From Candidatus Poribacteria bacterium (GTDB lineage: Bacteria; Poribacteria; WGA-4E; WGA-3G): 64,000 bases of DNA. The position numbers were made by a program, and so were the translations under genes. The DNA lies in contig OZ244821.1 of NCBI GenBank assembly GCA_965220325.1, forward strand, positions 5,189,644 through 5,253,643, in the 5' to 3' direction. Each line of letters starts with the position of its first letter. Positions within the stretch are counted from its first letter, which is position 1. Under the pieces are notes generated by a model. The model saw only the letters and a list, made by a program, of their open reading frames with translations, ran no database searches and was not told the origin of the DNA. This document shows positions 19,397 to 29,461 of the stretch, in pieces.

Positions 19397-22105
19397 TTAC
19401 TCTATTATCAACATCTTCCGCGTGGCTGTAAAATCGCCGGCTGTAAGTGTATAAAAATAGACACCACTCGCAACCGATTCACCCAATGCATTTCTACCAT
19501 CCCAATACGCCGCACGGCTCCGTGATTCATAGATACCGACAGGTTGGTGCCCTAAGTCAAGAGTCCGAATGCGTTTACCATCTGCGGCATAGATAGATAT
19601 GCTAATATTCGCGGGTTCTGCCAACTGATACGGTATCCATGTCTCGGGATTGAACGGATTCGGGTAGTTTGGTAGGAGTGCTGTTTCTTTCGGAGTCAAT
19701 GCTGCCAAGAGTTGTTCCAACACCAGAATGCCACGTTGGAAAACGCGATCGGTAAGATTAAGTTGGTACGCTTCACGTAGCCATTGTTGCACCTGTTGTC
19801 TGGTAGGAGCGATCTCCGAATCGCGATCCCATGCAATCGGGGCAGCGGCAGTATTCCGAAATGCAGCGGCAACCAGCGTCAAATCAACGATATTCACAAC
19901 ACCATCATCGTTGACATCCGCAACATTCTCTCCCCGCTTGCCGAAGTTAGACGCGACTAACGACAAATCAAGAACATTGACAACCCCGTCCCTATTGATA
20001 TCTCTTGGGATTTCTGGGGGTTCAGTAATCTTTGCGGTTTCTATTTGTGGTTGTGAACTATTACCGTCTTTGTCCGTTAATAGCACGTCAAATAGATTCA
20101 CAGTGGAAACTTTAGCAGCAACTACTTCAAATGTGATAGTGGCAAGTGTGCCGTCCCCGTTGCTTTCACCAGCGAGAGATGATGCTGCAAGTTGGACGGT
20201 ATTGTCTTTAGCAATTGGTGTAATAAAGAACGCATCAGCAGGTAAATAATCTCCATTAGAACTCTCTACATACTGCAAAGCGGTGGAATCAAATTGCACA
20301 GTTGCTTGGTATCCTGCAATATTTTGGGCACCAACGATGCCAAGGTTTAGGGATAACTGCGTACCAATAGGCGGTGATTCCAAAGTGGCAGGGGTCAGAC
20401 GCACAACATCTATTGTTTGTTGAGCGGGTTCAACCATGATTTCACTATCAAGATTATGGACTTCAGGGTATAAATGGGTTTGAAGAACCAACGAACCATC
20501 TGTAATAAAATTTTCATGAGGACTCCATGCTACACCGTAGACACTCCAGTCCCGACCCCAAGTCGATAAATGCGTAATATTTGTTGTAGGTGTAATTTCT
20601 TCTGTTCCGATTCGGTAGATAGACAGATAGTTTGGTTCCTCGCTTCCGAATGCGAGATATTCTCCACTGGGACTGAAGGCTATGGCCTGGACTTCATAAG
20701 CCCCTGCTTGCATTTGCAAAATCTTTTCACCGCTACTCACATCCCAAAATGTAATATAGGTTTTACCGTCATAGTATCCATCGGCTGCGAGATACTTGCC
20801 ATTAGGACTAAAGGCGATCGATTTGACCTGACCGCCAAGTTCAAGGACTTGATGAATTTTCCCGCCAGTCCACCAAGCGTTAACGTCGTAAATAATAATT
20901 TTGCCATCGCCTGTCCCTACGGCGAGGAACTCACCATTTGGACTGAAGGTGACGAAACTCGTTTTATCTTCATGACTATATCGACCGTGCATTCTATTAT
21001 TATTTACATCCCAGAGCCAGAGGAACACTCTATAATAAAATCCGACTGCATACTCGGCTGCTATGGCAATGTATTGTCCGTTGGAGCTGAACGCCACGTT
21101 GTGGGTTGTATAGGCAGAGTAAATTCCCGTTTTTATAGTGGCTGGCGGAATGTGCTGTCGCGTAACCTCATGACCGCTGAGTGCTTTAAAGAGGATAACA
21201 CAAGGTCCCTTGTTATCTGCACTATTAGCCACGAGATATTCACCGTTCGGACTGAAAGCAATGTTACGTCCTCTGACCCACCCCAGTTTTTTTTCCCAAA
21301 GTTGCTCAAAAGTACTGACATCCCAGAGAGACAAATCACCATCGTTAGAACGTGCGATATATTTCCCGTTTGGACTGACAGCAGCAATAGAACTACTACG
21401 GATTCCATAGTCGCGAACATAATAACTAACATACGGCTTACTTGCTAAATCGGAGGTTCGTTCAGAAAAAGTAAACGATCCACGGCTATCTTCAAAATAA
21501 TATTCTTTTGACAGATTTGGAATTTCTAACTTCAAACGCACTAACTTCCGTCGATATCCTGGAGTAATTGAAAGATAGCCTGTTTTGATCACTTTCTCCC
21601 AATTGTTGAAAAGCTCACGAGCATCATCCTTACCAATATACAACCTCCCTTCACGTTGTTGATTTTCATCGTTGAGCGGCACCTCAACAGTAATTGGGAA
21701 ATATTCCGAGTTGGCATCATAAGTTCCGATCGTCACGGTTAAAGGTGTCTGAAATATGCGGTTATACAATTGCATAACTTGGACTTTTCGGGTTTTATTG
21801 TTTGCAAGGTAACGTCCCCAAACATCTGTATGAATCTTCGAGAGGACCCCTTCAAGTTCGTTTAAACGGGCTTGATACTCTGCGTTGGACTCAAATTGAT
21901 CTTTTGGGGCATTCAATGGATTGGTTTCCCGTTCCGCTGCAACCTTTGTTTCAATTTCCTGTAAGGCTGTATCTCGGTTCTGTTTAAGTTCAGCTTCAAG
22001 GGTTTTAATCTGCTCAACGGTCTGATCAAAAGCATCTCCCATCGCAGCAGGGACAACGGTAGCCAAGAGTAGAAAAATGAAACTATATTGGATTACTTTA
22101 TGCAT
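19397..22105 (-). CDS. secreted WD40 repeat protein with cohesin, dockerin and FlgD-Ig/T9SS-like C-terminal domain
   Basis: Repeated VAFSPNGEYLA units; NIAGYQATVQFD cohesin; DINRDGVVNVLDL dockerin; LLPNYPNPFNPETWIPYQL...TATRKMLI tail. Confidence 0.85.
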   Translation of the reverse strand: MHKVIQYSFIFLLLATVVPAAMGDAFDQTVEQIKTLEAELKQNRDTALQEIETKVAAERETNPLNAPKDQFESNAEYQARLNELEGVLSKIHTDVWGRYLANNKTRKVQVMQLYNRIFQTPLTVTIGTYDANSEYFPITVEVPLNDENQQREGRLYIGKDDARELFNNWEKVIKTGYLSITPGYRRKLVRLKLEIPNLSKEYYFEDSRGSFTFSERTSDLASKPYVSYYVRDYGIRSSSIAAVSPNGKYIARSNDGDLSLWDVSTFEQLWEKKLGWVRGRNIAFSPNGEYLVANSADNKGPCVILFKALSGHEVTRQHIPPATIKTGIYSAYTTHNVAFSSNGQYIAIAAEYAVGFYYRVFLWLWDVNNNRMHGRYSHEDKTSFVTFSPNGEFLAVGTGDGKIIIYDVNAWWTGGKIHQVLELGGQVKSIAFSPNGKYLAADGYYDGKTYITFWDVSSGEKILQMQAGAYEVQAIAFSPSGEYLAFGSEEPNYLSIYRIGTEEITPTTNITHLSTWGRDWSVYGVAWSPHENFITDGSLVLQTHLYPEVHNLDSEIMVEPAQQTIDVVRLTPATLESPPIGTQLSLNLGIVGAQNIAGYQATVQFDSTALQYVESSNGDYLPADAFFITPIAKDNTVQLAASSLAGESNGDGTLATITFEVVAAKVSTVNLFDVLLTDKDGNSSQPQIETAKITEPPEIPRDINRDGVVNVLDLSLVASNFGKRGENVADVNDDGVVNIVDLTLVAAAFRNTAAAPIAWDRDSEIAPTRQQVQQWLREAYQLNLTDRVFQRGILVLEQLLAALTPKETALLPNYPNPFNPETWIPYQLAEPANISISIYAADGKRIRTLDLGHQPVGIYESRSRAAYWDGRNALGESVASGVYFYTLTAGDFTATRKMLIIE

Positions 22106-22195
22106 AGTAGACCTCCCATGTGTAAAATGTATGAGCATTACTCAATATAATGGATCATGCAAAAAATACGGGCATCAATAGATTAGGTAAATTAA

Positions 22196-22296
22196 GTTTG
22201 TAGTAGGGCAATTCATTGCCCGTTGTTGACTTATGGACGTGCGATAAATCGCACTACTACGAACCTGCCCCAATTTCAAAGTTGGCAAAGCACTAA
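22196..22296. repeat. GTAGTAG REP doublet with one TIR-like arm
   Basis: gtagtagggcaattcattgccc...gtgcgataaatcgcactactac plus atttcaaagttggcaaagcactaa; inverted homolog at 61023-61152. Confidence 0.75.
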
Positions 22297-23348
22297 GGGG
22301 TTGTAGACTTCGCACAACGAAAACCGCGGTCGGGGAACGTATCATCGGCAGAGCTCTTTAACCAGCAAGCTTTGGGTTTTCCTATCTCTATATCATGACT
22401 AATTTTAAACCACGAGTCTCCGCGGGCTGAGCTAAGTCGTGAACCACCAACTCCCTCGCTATCCCGACACCACTCCTCCACATTACCAAACATGTTATAT
22501 AAACCATATCTGTTCGGCGCGTAACTACCGACGGGCATGGTCCCGCCAAATGGGTTGCCGTAGTTCCCCTCACCTTTTCGAATGGGGTTAGATGAGCCGC
22601 CGCGAACGGCATACACCCACTCCACCTCTCTCGGCAGTCGCTTCCGTGCCCACTGCGCGTAAGCCCTCGCCGCATACCAACTCACGTATACAACCGGATG
22701 ATCTGCTTTCCCATCAGGGTAGTCGTTTCCATTCCAATGTTTTAAGTAATTCCTATCGGCGAGGTCGCGGGCAACGAGCCCTTTCCGCCATTGCGGGTTA
22801 GCAAGCAAGAACTCCTGATATTGGGCATTGGTAACCTCGTATTTGTCCATATAGAACGCATCAACCTGGACATCGCGGGGGACCCAAGAACCGCGGAAGC
22901 ACTGTCCTGTAATCCAATCCCGCACCTCGCCCGCAGGAATAAATACCATCCCCTCTGGCGGCGGACCGGGTTCAGGTAAGGGATCGGGTTCAGGTAAAGG
23001 ATCGGGTTCAGGCGGAGGGGTGATGATGCTGACTTGTTTTTGTGCCGAGACCCTATTAGTTCCGTCACTCACACGAATCACGACCTTAGCACTTGTCACA
23101 TCCGTAGGAACTATCCATGTCCCCGTTTCATCAACTGTCCCCTCCGATACTTCCCAACTATAAGTTAATGTGTCTTGCTCCCTGTCGTACACGACAACCT
23201 CCAATTTCACCTTGTCACCGACTGTTACTGCGTCTGGAACCAGGAATTGCTGAATGTCCGGTGGCGTGTTGACTACAAGCTCTTCCCTATCGCAGCCCCA
23301 CGCGAAAAGTACAATAGTTATTAGTAAAATGAAATACGTCTGCTTCAT
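22293..23348 (-). CDS. lipoprotein with Ig-like domain and FGE/SUMF1 domain
   Basis: Lipobox FAWGC, PEPDPL repeats, FYMDKYEVTN, RLPREVEW, GNVEEW, GFRC. Confidence 0.82.
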   Translation of the reverse strand: MKQTYFILLITIVLFAWGCDREELVVNTPPDIQQFLVPDAVTVGDKVKLEVVVYDREQDTLTYSWEVSEGTVDETGTWIVPTDVTSAKVVIRVSDGTNRVSAQKQVSIITPPPEPDPLPEPDPLPEPGPPPEGMVFIPAGEVRDWITGQCFRGSWVPRDVQVDAFYMDKYEVTNAQYQEFLLANPQWRKGLVARDLADRNYLKHWNGNDYPDGKADHPVVYVSWYAARAYAQWARKRLPREVEWVYAVRGGSSNPIRKGEGNYGNPFGGTMPVGSYAPNRYGLYNMFGNVEEWCRDSEGVGGSRLSSARGDSWFKISHDIEIGKPKACWLKSSADDTFPDRGFRCAKSTTP

Positions 23349-23611
23349 CTAAAATTCTCCTATCACATAAACCAAAGTTTGAAAACCTGCGTTGATACGG
23401 AGCAAAAAGTTATGCCTATTATCGGTGCTCAAGTAATTACGAAAAAATGTTGGGTTTCACTCGGTTTTTGTTTAGCGTAACACTATAGAACGGGTCGATT
23501 CTCCTATTGTTTTTTCAGGGTCTTGGTGGCATCCGTTCAACCCAACCTACAATTACTGAGGCGGTTTGCCTTATCCCCCAGAGGAGAAACGCAAAACCAC
23601 AACGCTCAACC

Positions 23612-24595
23612 TCATGGCACGTCTGGAAGGTATGGAAGCTCATCCCATACCCACCAGTCCGGTTGCCCATCTTCCCTCCAGGCTGCCCATCCGCCATCGC
23701 GTCTACCGTCTGTGTATGTGCCTTCTGCTGACTTCTGCCCATTTTCATGCCAGAAGGTCCAGGCACCATCGCGTCTACCGTCTGTGTATGCGCCTTCTGC
23801 CCATTTCTGTCCATTTTCATGCCAGAAGGTCCACTTACCATCTGCCCACACATTTTCACCATCTTCTTTGTATGGGCCCTCTGCTACCTGTTGTCCATTT
23901 TCATACCAGAAGGTCCAGGCATCATCGCGTCTACCATTTTTGTATGTGCCTTCTACTTTTTTCTCCCCGTTTCCATACCAGAATGTCCATGCGCCATTTC
24001 TCTCACCGTCTTTGTATGTCCCTTCTTCCGATTTCTGCCCGTTGTGATACCAGAATGTCCAGGCACCATTTCTTTCACCATCTTTGTATGTCCCTTCTTC
24101 CGATTTCTGCCCGTTGTCATACCAAGATGTCCATTTACCATCTCTCTCACCATCTTTGTATGTCCCTTCTTCCGATTTCTGCCCGTTGTCATACCAGAAT
24201 GTCCAGGCACCATCTCGTTTACCTTCAGTAAATGTCCCTTCTTCCGATTTCTGCCCGTTGTCATACCAAGTGGTCGCCGGACCATGAAGTTTACCGTTGC
24301 GCACTTGGACGAGTGATCTGAGATCTTCATCCTCATCGTCATAGTACGCTTTAACCCAGCCTGTATAAGGCGTTTCTTGATTCGGTTGGTAAAAAAGTTC
24401 TTCACCGGATGGACCGCGAGTCTGCAATTTATCCGCGTCTAATGCTTGGGCAATCAATTGCTCCAGATCTGCTCCGGTAGGCAGCAACGGGTCCGATGGG
24501 CTGGTTTCTTCATCAGCAGAGCATCCGAGGAAACAAAAGCACAATACACAGATCAGCGTAAGGGAAAATATAAAGTTTTGTAACATCAATCTCAT
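23612..24595 (-). CDS. lipoprotein with MORN-variant (YwqK-like) repeats
   Basis: Lipobox FLGC; tandem 24-aa units GAWTFWYDNGQKSEEGTYKDGERD with 72-bp DNA periodicity. Confidence 0.85.
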   Translation of the reverse strand: MRLMLQNFIFSLTLICVLCFCFLGCSADEETSPSDPLLPTGADLEQLIAQALDADKLQTRGPSGEELFYQPNQETPYTGWVKAYYDDEDEDLRSLVQVRNGKLHGPATTWYDNGQKSEEGTFTEGKRDGAWTFWYDNGQKSEEGTYKDGERDGKWTSWYDNGQKSEEGTYKDGERNGAWTFWYHNGQKSEEGTYKDGERNGAWTFWYGNGEKKVEGTYKNGRRDDAWTFWYENGQQVAEGPYKEDGENVWADGKWTFWHENGQKWAEGAYTDGRRDGAWTFWHENGQKSAEGTYTDGRRDGGWAAWREDGQPDWWVWDELPYLPDVP

Positions 24596-24632
24596 TTGTT
24601 TCTATACCTCCGTATGTGTAAATCAAATGTTT

Positions 24633-25283
24633 TTAGTAAAGCCAATAATTAAACGAAGCAAAGAGGGATAGTTCGTTTAGATGTACATTGCGAAAACTGG
24701 AATCCCAATATGCCTTAGGAATCGTTATTCGACTGAACCCGGCTGTGAGTTCCAAAGCGTAGTGTCGCCGAAATTCGTTCCCGATTCCTAAGTTAAAGGT
24801 CCAAGCGTCAGCCGGCGTGTTCCCTGCTGCGAGAATATACTGGTCGAAATTTGCGGCTGTAATTCTTGAAGAAGCAACCATTCTTGTGTATCCGAGCTGC
24901 AGCGTGTAATAAATGTCCGGATATTGTTGGCTAGAGAATAACACACCGAATGCCGGTTGTATTGATAGAAACGGTGATGTGATATAAAATCCCATATCCT
25001 CTGAAACAGCGTATCCGAGCCTCCACTGTATACTTCCGGACATATTCCGGCTGTTTGAATTGTCAAACTTATCGTCTTCATTAAACCGATCTGTCAAAAT
25101 AGACAATCCTGCTTGCGTTATTCCGTATCTGACCGTTCCGCCTAAGAACAAACCGCGCCACCGGCTATCGAATAGATCGTCCAATGGGTTTGTGTTCTGC
25201 TGTGCGGGACTCTGTGTTATGGAAAAAAGGCAGACGCTTGTTGAAACTAAAAGTAGAAAGAACAATTTTTTCATATTATTCAC
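24633..25283 (-). CDS. putative small outer-membrane beta-barrel protein
   Basis: Signal peptide; ends SFNYWLY; distant resemblance to the 18665 ORF. Confidence 0.55.
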   Translation of the reverse strand: MNNMKKLFFLLLVSTSVCLFSITQSPAQQNTNPLDDLFDSRWRGLFLGGTVRYGITQAGLSILTDRFNEDDKFDNSNSRNMSGSIQWRLGYAVSEDMGFYITSPFLSIQPAFGVLFSSQQYPDIYYTLQLGYTRMVASSRITAANFDQYILAAGNTPADAWTFNLGIGNEFRRHYALELTAGFSRITIPKAYWDSSFRNVHLNELSLFASFNYWLY

Positions 25284-25316
25284 CTGAAATTGTTGGCTAT
25301 AAGGGGTGTGTCCTAT

Positions 25317-26693
25317 TTATTTGGGAATAACGAATGCAAAACGACCTCCGTGCTCAACCCCCTCAGGAGCGGAGGCGTTAAACAGTCTGTCAGGGAGTTC
25401 TATATCTCTGGTTTCAATGGTACCATTTGCAATCAGCCATAGCCCGATACCGGTTTCGGGGTGCGGGAATTTATCATCCCGCGTGATACTGAAAATCTTC
25501 GGGAACCCCTCACGCGTAAGAACAAACGGTTCACTCGCGACGAAAAAAGCCCCCAACCGCGCCTCGACTGTATAGTCGGGTTGGTCGAGAAATTGCAGAC
25601 GCAGCTGCGGGGCAGTCTCAACCGGACAAGTTTCCAGTCCCAACTGTTTTGCGCGATTATAAATGGTATCAAGACTAGCGCGCTCACCCTGAGCAAACCC
25701 CATCTCCAGCATAGAAACAACAACGATATCAACCGTTATTTCCTCTGTCACCACCGGAAAATCCGGATTTGCAAGAGCCTGAATCGACCATAGACTGACC
25801 GAGCATTTTTCTTCGATCAGTGTCTCTAAAAGATCAGCACCAGTCGTATGGGTTCCGAGTGTTATGGTAAAATCAGGAGTGAAATCTTTTTTGTTTATTG
25901 TGTCTTCAGCATTGCTCGCAAAGTAGATACCGTAAAATTTCTGTAAATGTGAAAAGTATTTGACACTGAGAATCAATAGGGTTGCGACAACCAAAGCAAC
26001 TCCAGTAGTCACCCACGGTAAGGACGGTTTCATTTTCGGAGAAGGTGTCGGTTTCATGTCAACAACTCTTCGCATGATGTTCTGCTTTATACTCGATGGT
26101 ATCTGCACGCCACCAAGAACTTCTTGGACCAAGACTTCCTCTTCTTCTTGTAATCGTTTCCGGGCGCGAGAGAGTCGAAGCCTTACTGCCTCTACCGACA
26201 CCCCCAAGAATTTTCCGACCTCTGCCGCTGTCATTTCGCCGAGATAATAGAGCACCATCGCTTTACGCTCACCCTCCGGCAATTTATCCAAAAGTTTTTT
26301 GACAATCTCCAAACGATGTTCAGTTGCTTCTGCTTCGCGCTGTTCCGATACATAACGGTCATAATTAGATCGAGCTACTTCTGCCATAGGTGTGACCTCT
26401 AATGATTGCGATTGATTCTTACGTTTTTGTTCGCGCAGCCAATTCCGACAACAATTCGTCGCAATTTTATACAACCAATTAGAAAACCGGCTCGGATCTT
26501 TCAACGTTGAAAGTTTTTGATATGCGCGGAGGAAGGTATCTTGTGTAATTTCTTCTGCATAGTGGAAATCACCGATTTGCTGCCACGCGAGGGCGTGAAC
26601 GATTTTTTCGTATTTTTCAACTAAAATGTTGAATGCTGAGTCGTCGCCTGATAAAACGGCATGAATCAATTGAACATCGTCTTCTCTCTCCAC
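25317..26693 (-). CDS. ECF sigma-70 factor with TM helix and C-terminal extracytoplasmic domain
   Basis: AEEITQDTFLRAY, FSNWLYKIATN (region 2), LPEGERKAMVLYY...RLSRARKRL (region 4), TM WVTTGVALVVATLLIL. Confidence 0.85.
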   Translation of the reverse strand: MEREDDVQLIHAVLSGDDSAFNILVEKYEKIVHALAWQQIGDFHYAEEITQDTFLRAYQKLSTLKDPSRFSNWLYKIATNCCRNWLREQKRKNQSQSLEVTPMAEVARSNYDRYVSEQREAEATEHRLEIVKKLLDKLPEGERKAMVLYYLGEMTAAEVGKFLGVSVEAVRLRLSRARKRLQEEEEVLVQEVLGGVQIPSSIKQNIMRRVVDMKPTPSPKMKPSLPWVTTGVALVVATLLILSVKYFSHLQKFYGIYFASNAEDTINKKDFTPDFTITLGTHTTGADLLETLIEEKCSVSLWSIQALANPDFPVVTEEITVDIVVVSMLEMGFAQGERASLDTIYNRAKQLGLETCPVETAPQLRLQFLDQPDYTVEARLGAFFVASEPFVLTREGFPKIFSITRDDKFPHPETGIGLWLIANGTIETRDIELPDRLFNASAPEGVEHGGRFAFVIPK

Positions 26694-26840
26694 GGAGTTC
26701 CCTCCTCATGAACAGATTCGGCTGCATTGACATCCACTGAAACATCCAATTAAGCACTGCGTCTCGGACTTTGTGCAATGCAATACAACCTACACAATTA
26801 TGTTATGACAATATGAAGTCATTATGAGTGCTACTATTAA

Positions 26841-26868
26841 AGACACATTTTTTTCGCAAAACGTTACA
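26841..26868 (-). promoter_or_regulatory. possible autoregulatory ECF promoter
   Basis: Minus strand TGTAAC-N18-GTCT ~150 bp upstream of the ECF gene; spacing slightly long. Confidence 0.3.
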
Positions 26869-27146
26869 TCACGTGAAAAATATTTTCAGCAATTTAGGGG
26901 TTATAATCAGCCAATTTTTAATTTTTTATAAATTTTTAATTTACTAAGCCTATATATGACTAAAATTATATAGTATTTTTAGGGAAAAGCAACATTATTT
27001 AAAAAAAATTACTAATTTTGATTGAAAAGCACCTAATATTTTTCCCAACCGCACCTACCGGGCCTCGGGATTACCAAATTTTCCATATTTTTAATCCCTT
27101 AATCCTCGATATCTCCCTTATCATGAGACAGCAAGGCTTTACTTTA

Positions 27147-27363
27147 TCGTGAGTTGGATAATAAAACGTGAGTTTGAAAAAAAGTATTAGAAGTCGGAAT
27201 AGGTGTAAATTGATGAAAAAAGGCACAATTTTAGTGATTTAACCCCCTAAATCCCCCTTATCAGGGGGACTTTAAGAGAAAATGTGTCCATCCCAAGTAT
27301 TATCAAACTCACGTTAATAAAAATATTTACGCGATCTCCAATTTTTATTTTCAAATTCACGTT
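27147..27363. mobile_element. MITE-like element with nested (A)ACGTGAGTTTGA inverted repeats around a CCCCCT..AGGGGG hairpin
   Basis: aacgtgagtttga 27165-27177 / tcaaactcacgtt 27303-27315; weaker outer pair at 27147 and 27351-27363; core aaccccctaaatcccccttatcagggggac. Confidence 0.55.
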
Positions 27364-27379
27364 CCATTAAATAAAAATA

Positions 27380-27403
27380 AGGCGAGGTTAGAAAACCTCG
27401 CCT
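27380..27403 (-). terminator. hairpin/terminator downstream of the barrel paralog
   Basis: aggcgaggtt-agaa-aacctcgcct, followed on the minus strand by TATTTTATTT. Confidence 0.55.
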
Positions 27404-27482
27404 CACGGATAATTCAGGGATAAACTTTACTTAGGAAGTATCACGGACTAACGTGTTCACATTTTTCGGATTTTCCTGTAAC

Positions 27483-28211
27483 CTACCACCTACGGGTAAA
27501 ATTCATTCTACCGGTAAGTCCAGTGTCATCTTCGCCTTTTTCTGTCTCATACCCGACATATAGACCGAGGGTATTCCCCTTACCATAGCCGATATTCAAA
27601 CGTGCACCGAAATTGAGTGCCCACAGTCCACCCTTATCACCGAGACCGAGGACAGATTCAAACTGTGGACCGATAGCGACGGTATCGTTTAAGGCATAAG
27701 TAATGTAAGTCCGGTTGTAGACTTCATTAATACTTTCGTCATCAAATATGGAAGAAATTGTACTGATCGTCCAATGGAAACCGAAGATTTTACCAGCCGG
27801 TAGGATCGCAAAGATTTGCGGGTATAAGGCATAGGGTCCGTCTGGGCTGGTATAATTGAACCCAACGCCGAGCATCGGTGTTAGCAGCAGTGCCATGCTG
27901 TCATTCGCGATAACCGGGAATGAAACGCCCATATCAAATTCGCCCAAATGACCATTAACATAGATATTAGAATCAAATGAAATTCCACCGCTGAGAGGAT
28001 GGCTCGCACCCACTAAAAAATAGGTGCCGAGACTATCAACATCGATTTGAAACCATCCAGTAATATTCGGTTTTTCTTCCATCGGCATTTCTTCCGCTGC
28101 TTCGCCTTCCATCTCGTGGCCATCAGCGTAGACGATAGAGAAACCGCCAATAGACATCACACAGATGAGAAAGACAACAACTATTCGTTTAAAAAAGGGA
28201 TAAGTATTCAT
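27483..28211 (-). CDS. putative outer-membrane beta-barrel protein (paralog of 15324-16049)
   Basis: Shared GWF.DxDSLGT, VGASH, GPQ.E, GYG.NTLG, TGRM.F.R.W. Confidence 0.6.
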   Translation of the reverse strand: MNTYPFFKRIVVVFLICVMSIGGFSIVYADGHEMEGEAAEEMPMEEKPNITGWFQIDVDSLGTYFLVGASHPLSGGISFDSNIYVNGHLGEFDMGVSFPVIANDSMALLLTPMLGVGFNYTSPDGPYALYPQIFAILPAGKIFGFHWTISTISSIFDDESINEVYNRTYITYALNDTVAIGPQFESVLGLGDKGGLWALNFGARLNIGYGKGNTLGLYVGYETEKGEDDTGLTGRMNFTRRW

Positions 28212-28250
28212 AAGAGATGAATCTCCTTTATATTATTTAGGTAGAAGTGA

Positions 28251-28934
28251 TTACCTGGCTTGCTCGACCTGTTCCATCAGTTGTACCAATTTTTGCGGGT
28301 CTTTGATGCCTTTAGAGGCTTCGACACCGGAACAGAGGTCAATACCGTGTGGACGGATTGTCTCAATCGCGGCTTTGACGTTCTCCGGACGAATGCCGCC
28401 GGCAAAAAATACGGGTAGCGGACTTTCCGAAATAAGTTCAGCGGCGATATTCCAGTCGCAGGTTTTACCAGTGCCGCCGTATCTGGGTTTTTCAAGACTC
28501 ATATCGACGCTATCGAACAGTAGGAAATCGGCACCGGCATCCCGATAGGCTTTCATCTCTGCTCGGACAGCAGGCATATCGACATTCTCCGGTCTACCTG
28601 CTGGTAGATAGACCGACTTCCAGAGTTGACAGGTTACGGTGCGTTTAAGTGCTTCAACCTGTTGCGGCGGTTCCTGTCCGAGGAGCTGCACTGCAAAGGG
28701 TTGAACCTGTGATACGATTTCTTGGATATCGGATGTTGTTCGGTTGTAGAGTAGGATAACTGGAGGGATTGGACTCGATTTTGCGATTTCGGAGGCTTCG
28801 GCAGCAGAGCGTGTTCGTTCGGACACAGCGACATCGACCAACACACCGATATAGTCTGCGCCTGCGTCAGCTGCAAGTTGAGCGTCATGGTTAGAGGTAA
28901 TGCCGCAGATTTTGACACTGCATTCTTTGGACAT
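28251..28934 (-). CDS. trpF: phosphoribosylanthranilate isomerase
   Basis: VKICGIT, YGGTGKTCDW, AGGIRPENV, DLCSGVE..KGIKD. Confidence 0.9.
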   Translation of the reverse strand: MSKECSVKICGITSNHDAQLAADAGADYIGVLVDVAVSERTRSAAEASEIAKSSPIPPVILLYNRTTSDIQEIVSQVQPFAVQLLGQEPPQQVEALKRTVTCQLWKSVYLPAGRPENVDMPAVRAEMKAYRDAGADFLLFDSVDMSLEKPRYGGTGKTCDWNIAAELISESPLPVFFAGGIRPENVKAAIETIRPHGIDLCSGVEASKGIKDPQKLVQLMEQVEQAR

Positions 28935-29063
28935 TTTTTAATTATTCCTTGCGGTTAAAAGGAGTGGATCGGAACTTTGACGTTCTTTTCCCAAACCCGC
29001 TCTCCATTTCATTACGAGCTACGCGCTTTGGGCATCTTTCAATTTTACCTTGCGTAGAATAGG

Positions 29064-29087
29064 GTCGGGATTACAAATCCCTCCTAC
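29064..29087 (-). repeat. GTAG REP hairpin overlapping the cupin stop codon
   Basis: Minus strand GTAGGAGGGATTTGTAATCCCGAC; the TAG of GTAG is the stop codon. Confidence 0.6.
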
Positions 29088-29443
29088 TCTTCAAAGACAG
29101 TTTGTCGGTCGGCATCCGAATAACAGATAATCATCGTCACGGGTTGCCAACCGGTGTTGACGGCGTTGTGTCTGACGTTCCGCGGAATACGCAACATCAT
29201 TCCGGGTCTCAGTGGGATGACTTCATCACCGAGTTTGTGGTCGCACTCACCTGAGAGTACATAGATGAGTTCCTCACAGTTGGGATGGTAGTGGGTCGGA
29301 TTGCCTTCGCCAGCGTTGATATAGACGACTCCGAAAGTCATCTCGGCATCTGGGTCAATCTGATCATTGCAGAGCCATTTAATCGCGCCCCACGGAAAAT
29401 CGAGGGCACCGGCATCGTTACTATTGGTTAAAGTTATTTCCAT
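29084..29443 (-). CDS. cupin domain protein
   Basis: PTHYHPNCEELIYVLSG, IPRNVRH. Confidence 0.88.
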   Translation of the reverse strand: MEITLTNSNDAGALDFPWGAIKWLCNDQIDPDAEMTFGVVYINAGEGNPTHYHPNCEELIYVLSGECDHKLGDEVIPLRPGMMLRIPRNVRHNAVNTGWQPVTMIICYSDADRQTVFEE

Positions 29444-29461
29444 AATGGTTTCCTTTATCTG

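Noticed and set aside
20570-21448. 292-aa plus-strand ORF and similar long antisense ORFs (e.g. 12606-13271, 23566-24231)
   Set aside because: Shadow frames of well-supported genes on the opposite strand
23401-23417. Second sigma-54 promoter (AGGCATAACTTTTTGC, minus strand)
   Set aside because: GG-GC spacing is 11 nt, not the required 10
23680-24290. Regularly spaced repeats resembling a CRISPR array
   Set aside because: The 72-bp period is in frame within a protein, there are no unique spacers and no cas genes
26880-27040. Very AT-rich tract as a replication origin
   Set aside because: No DnaA-box cluster or iterons seen and no dnaA/rep gene nearby
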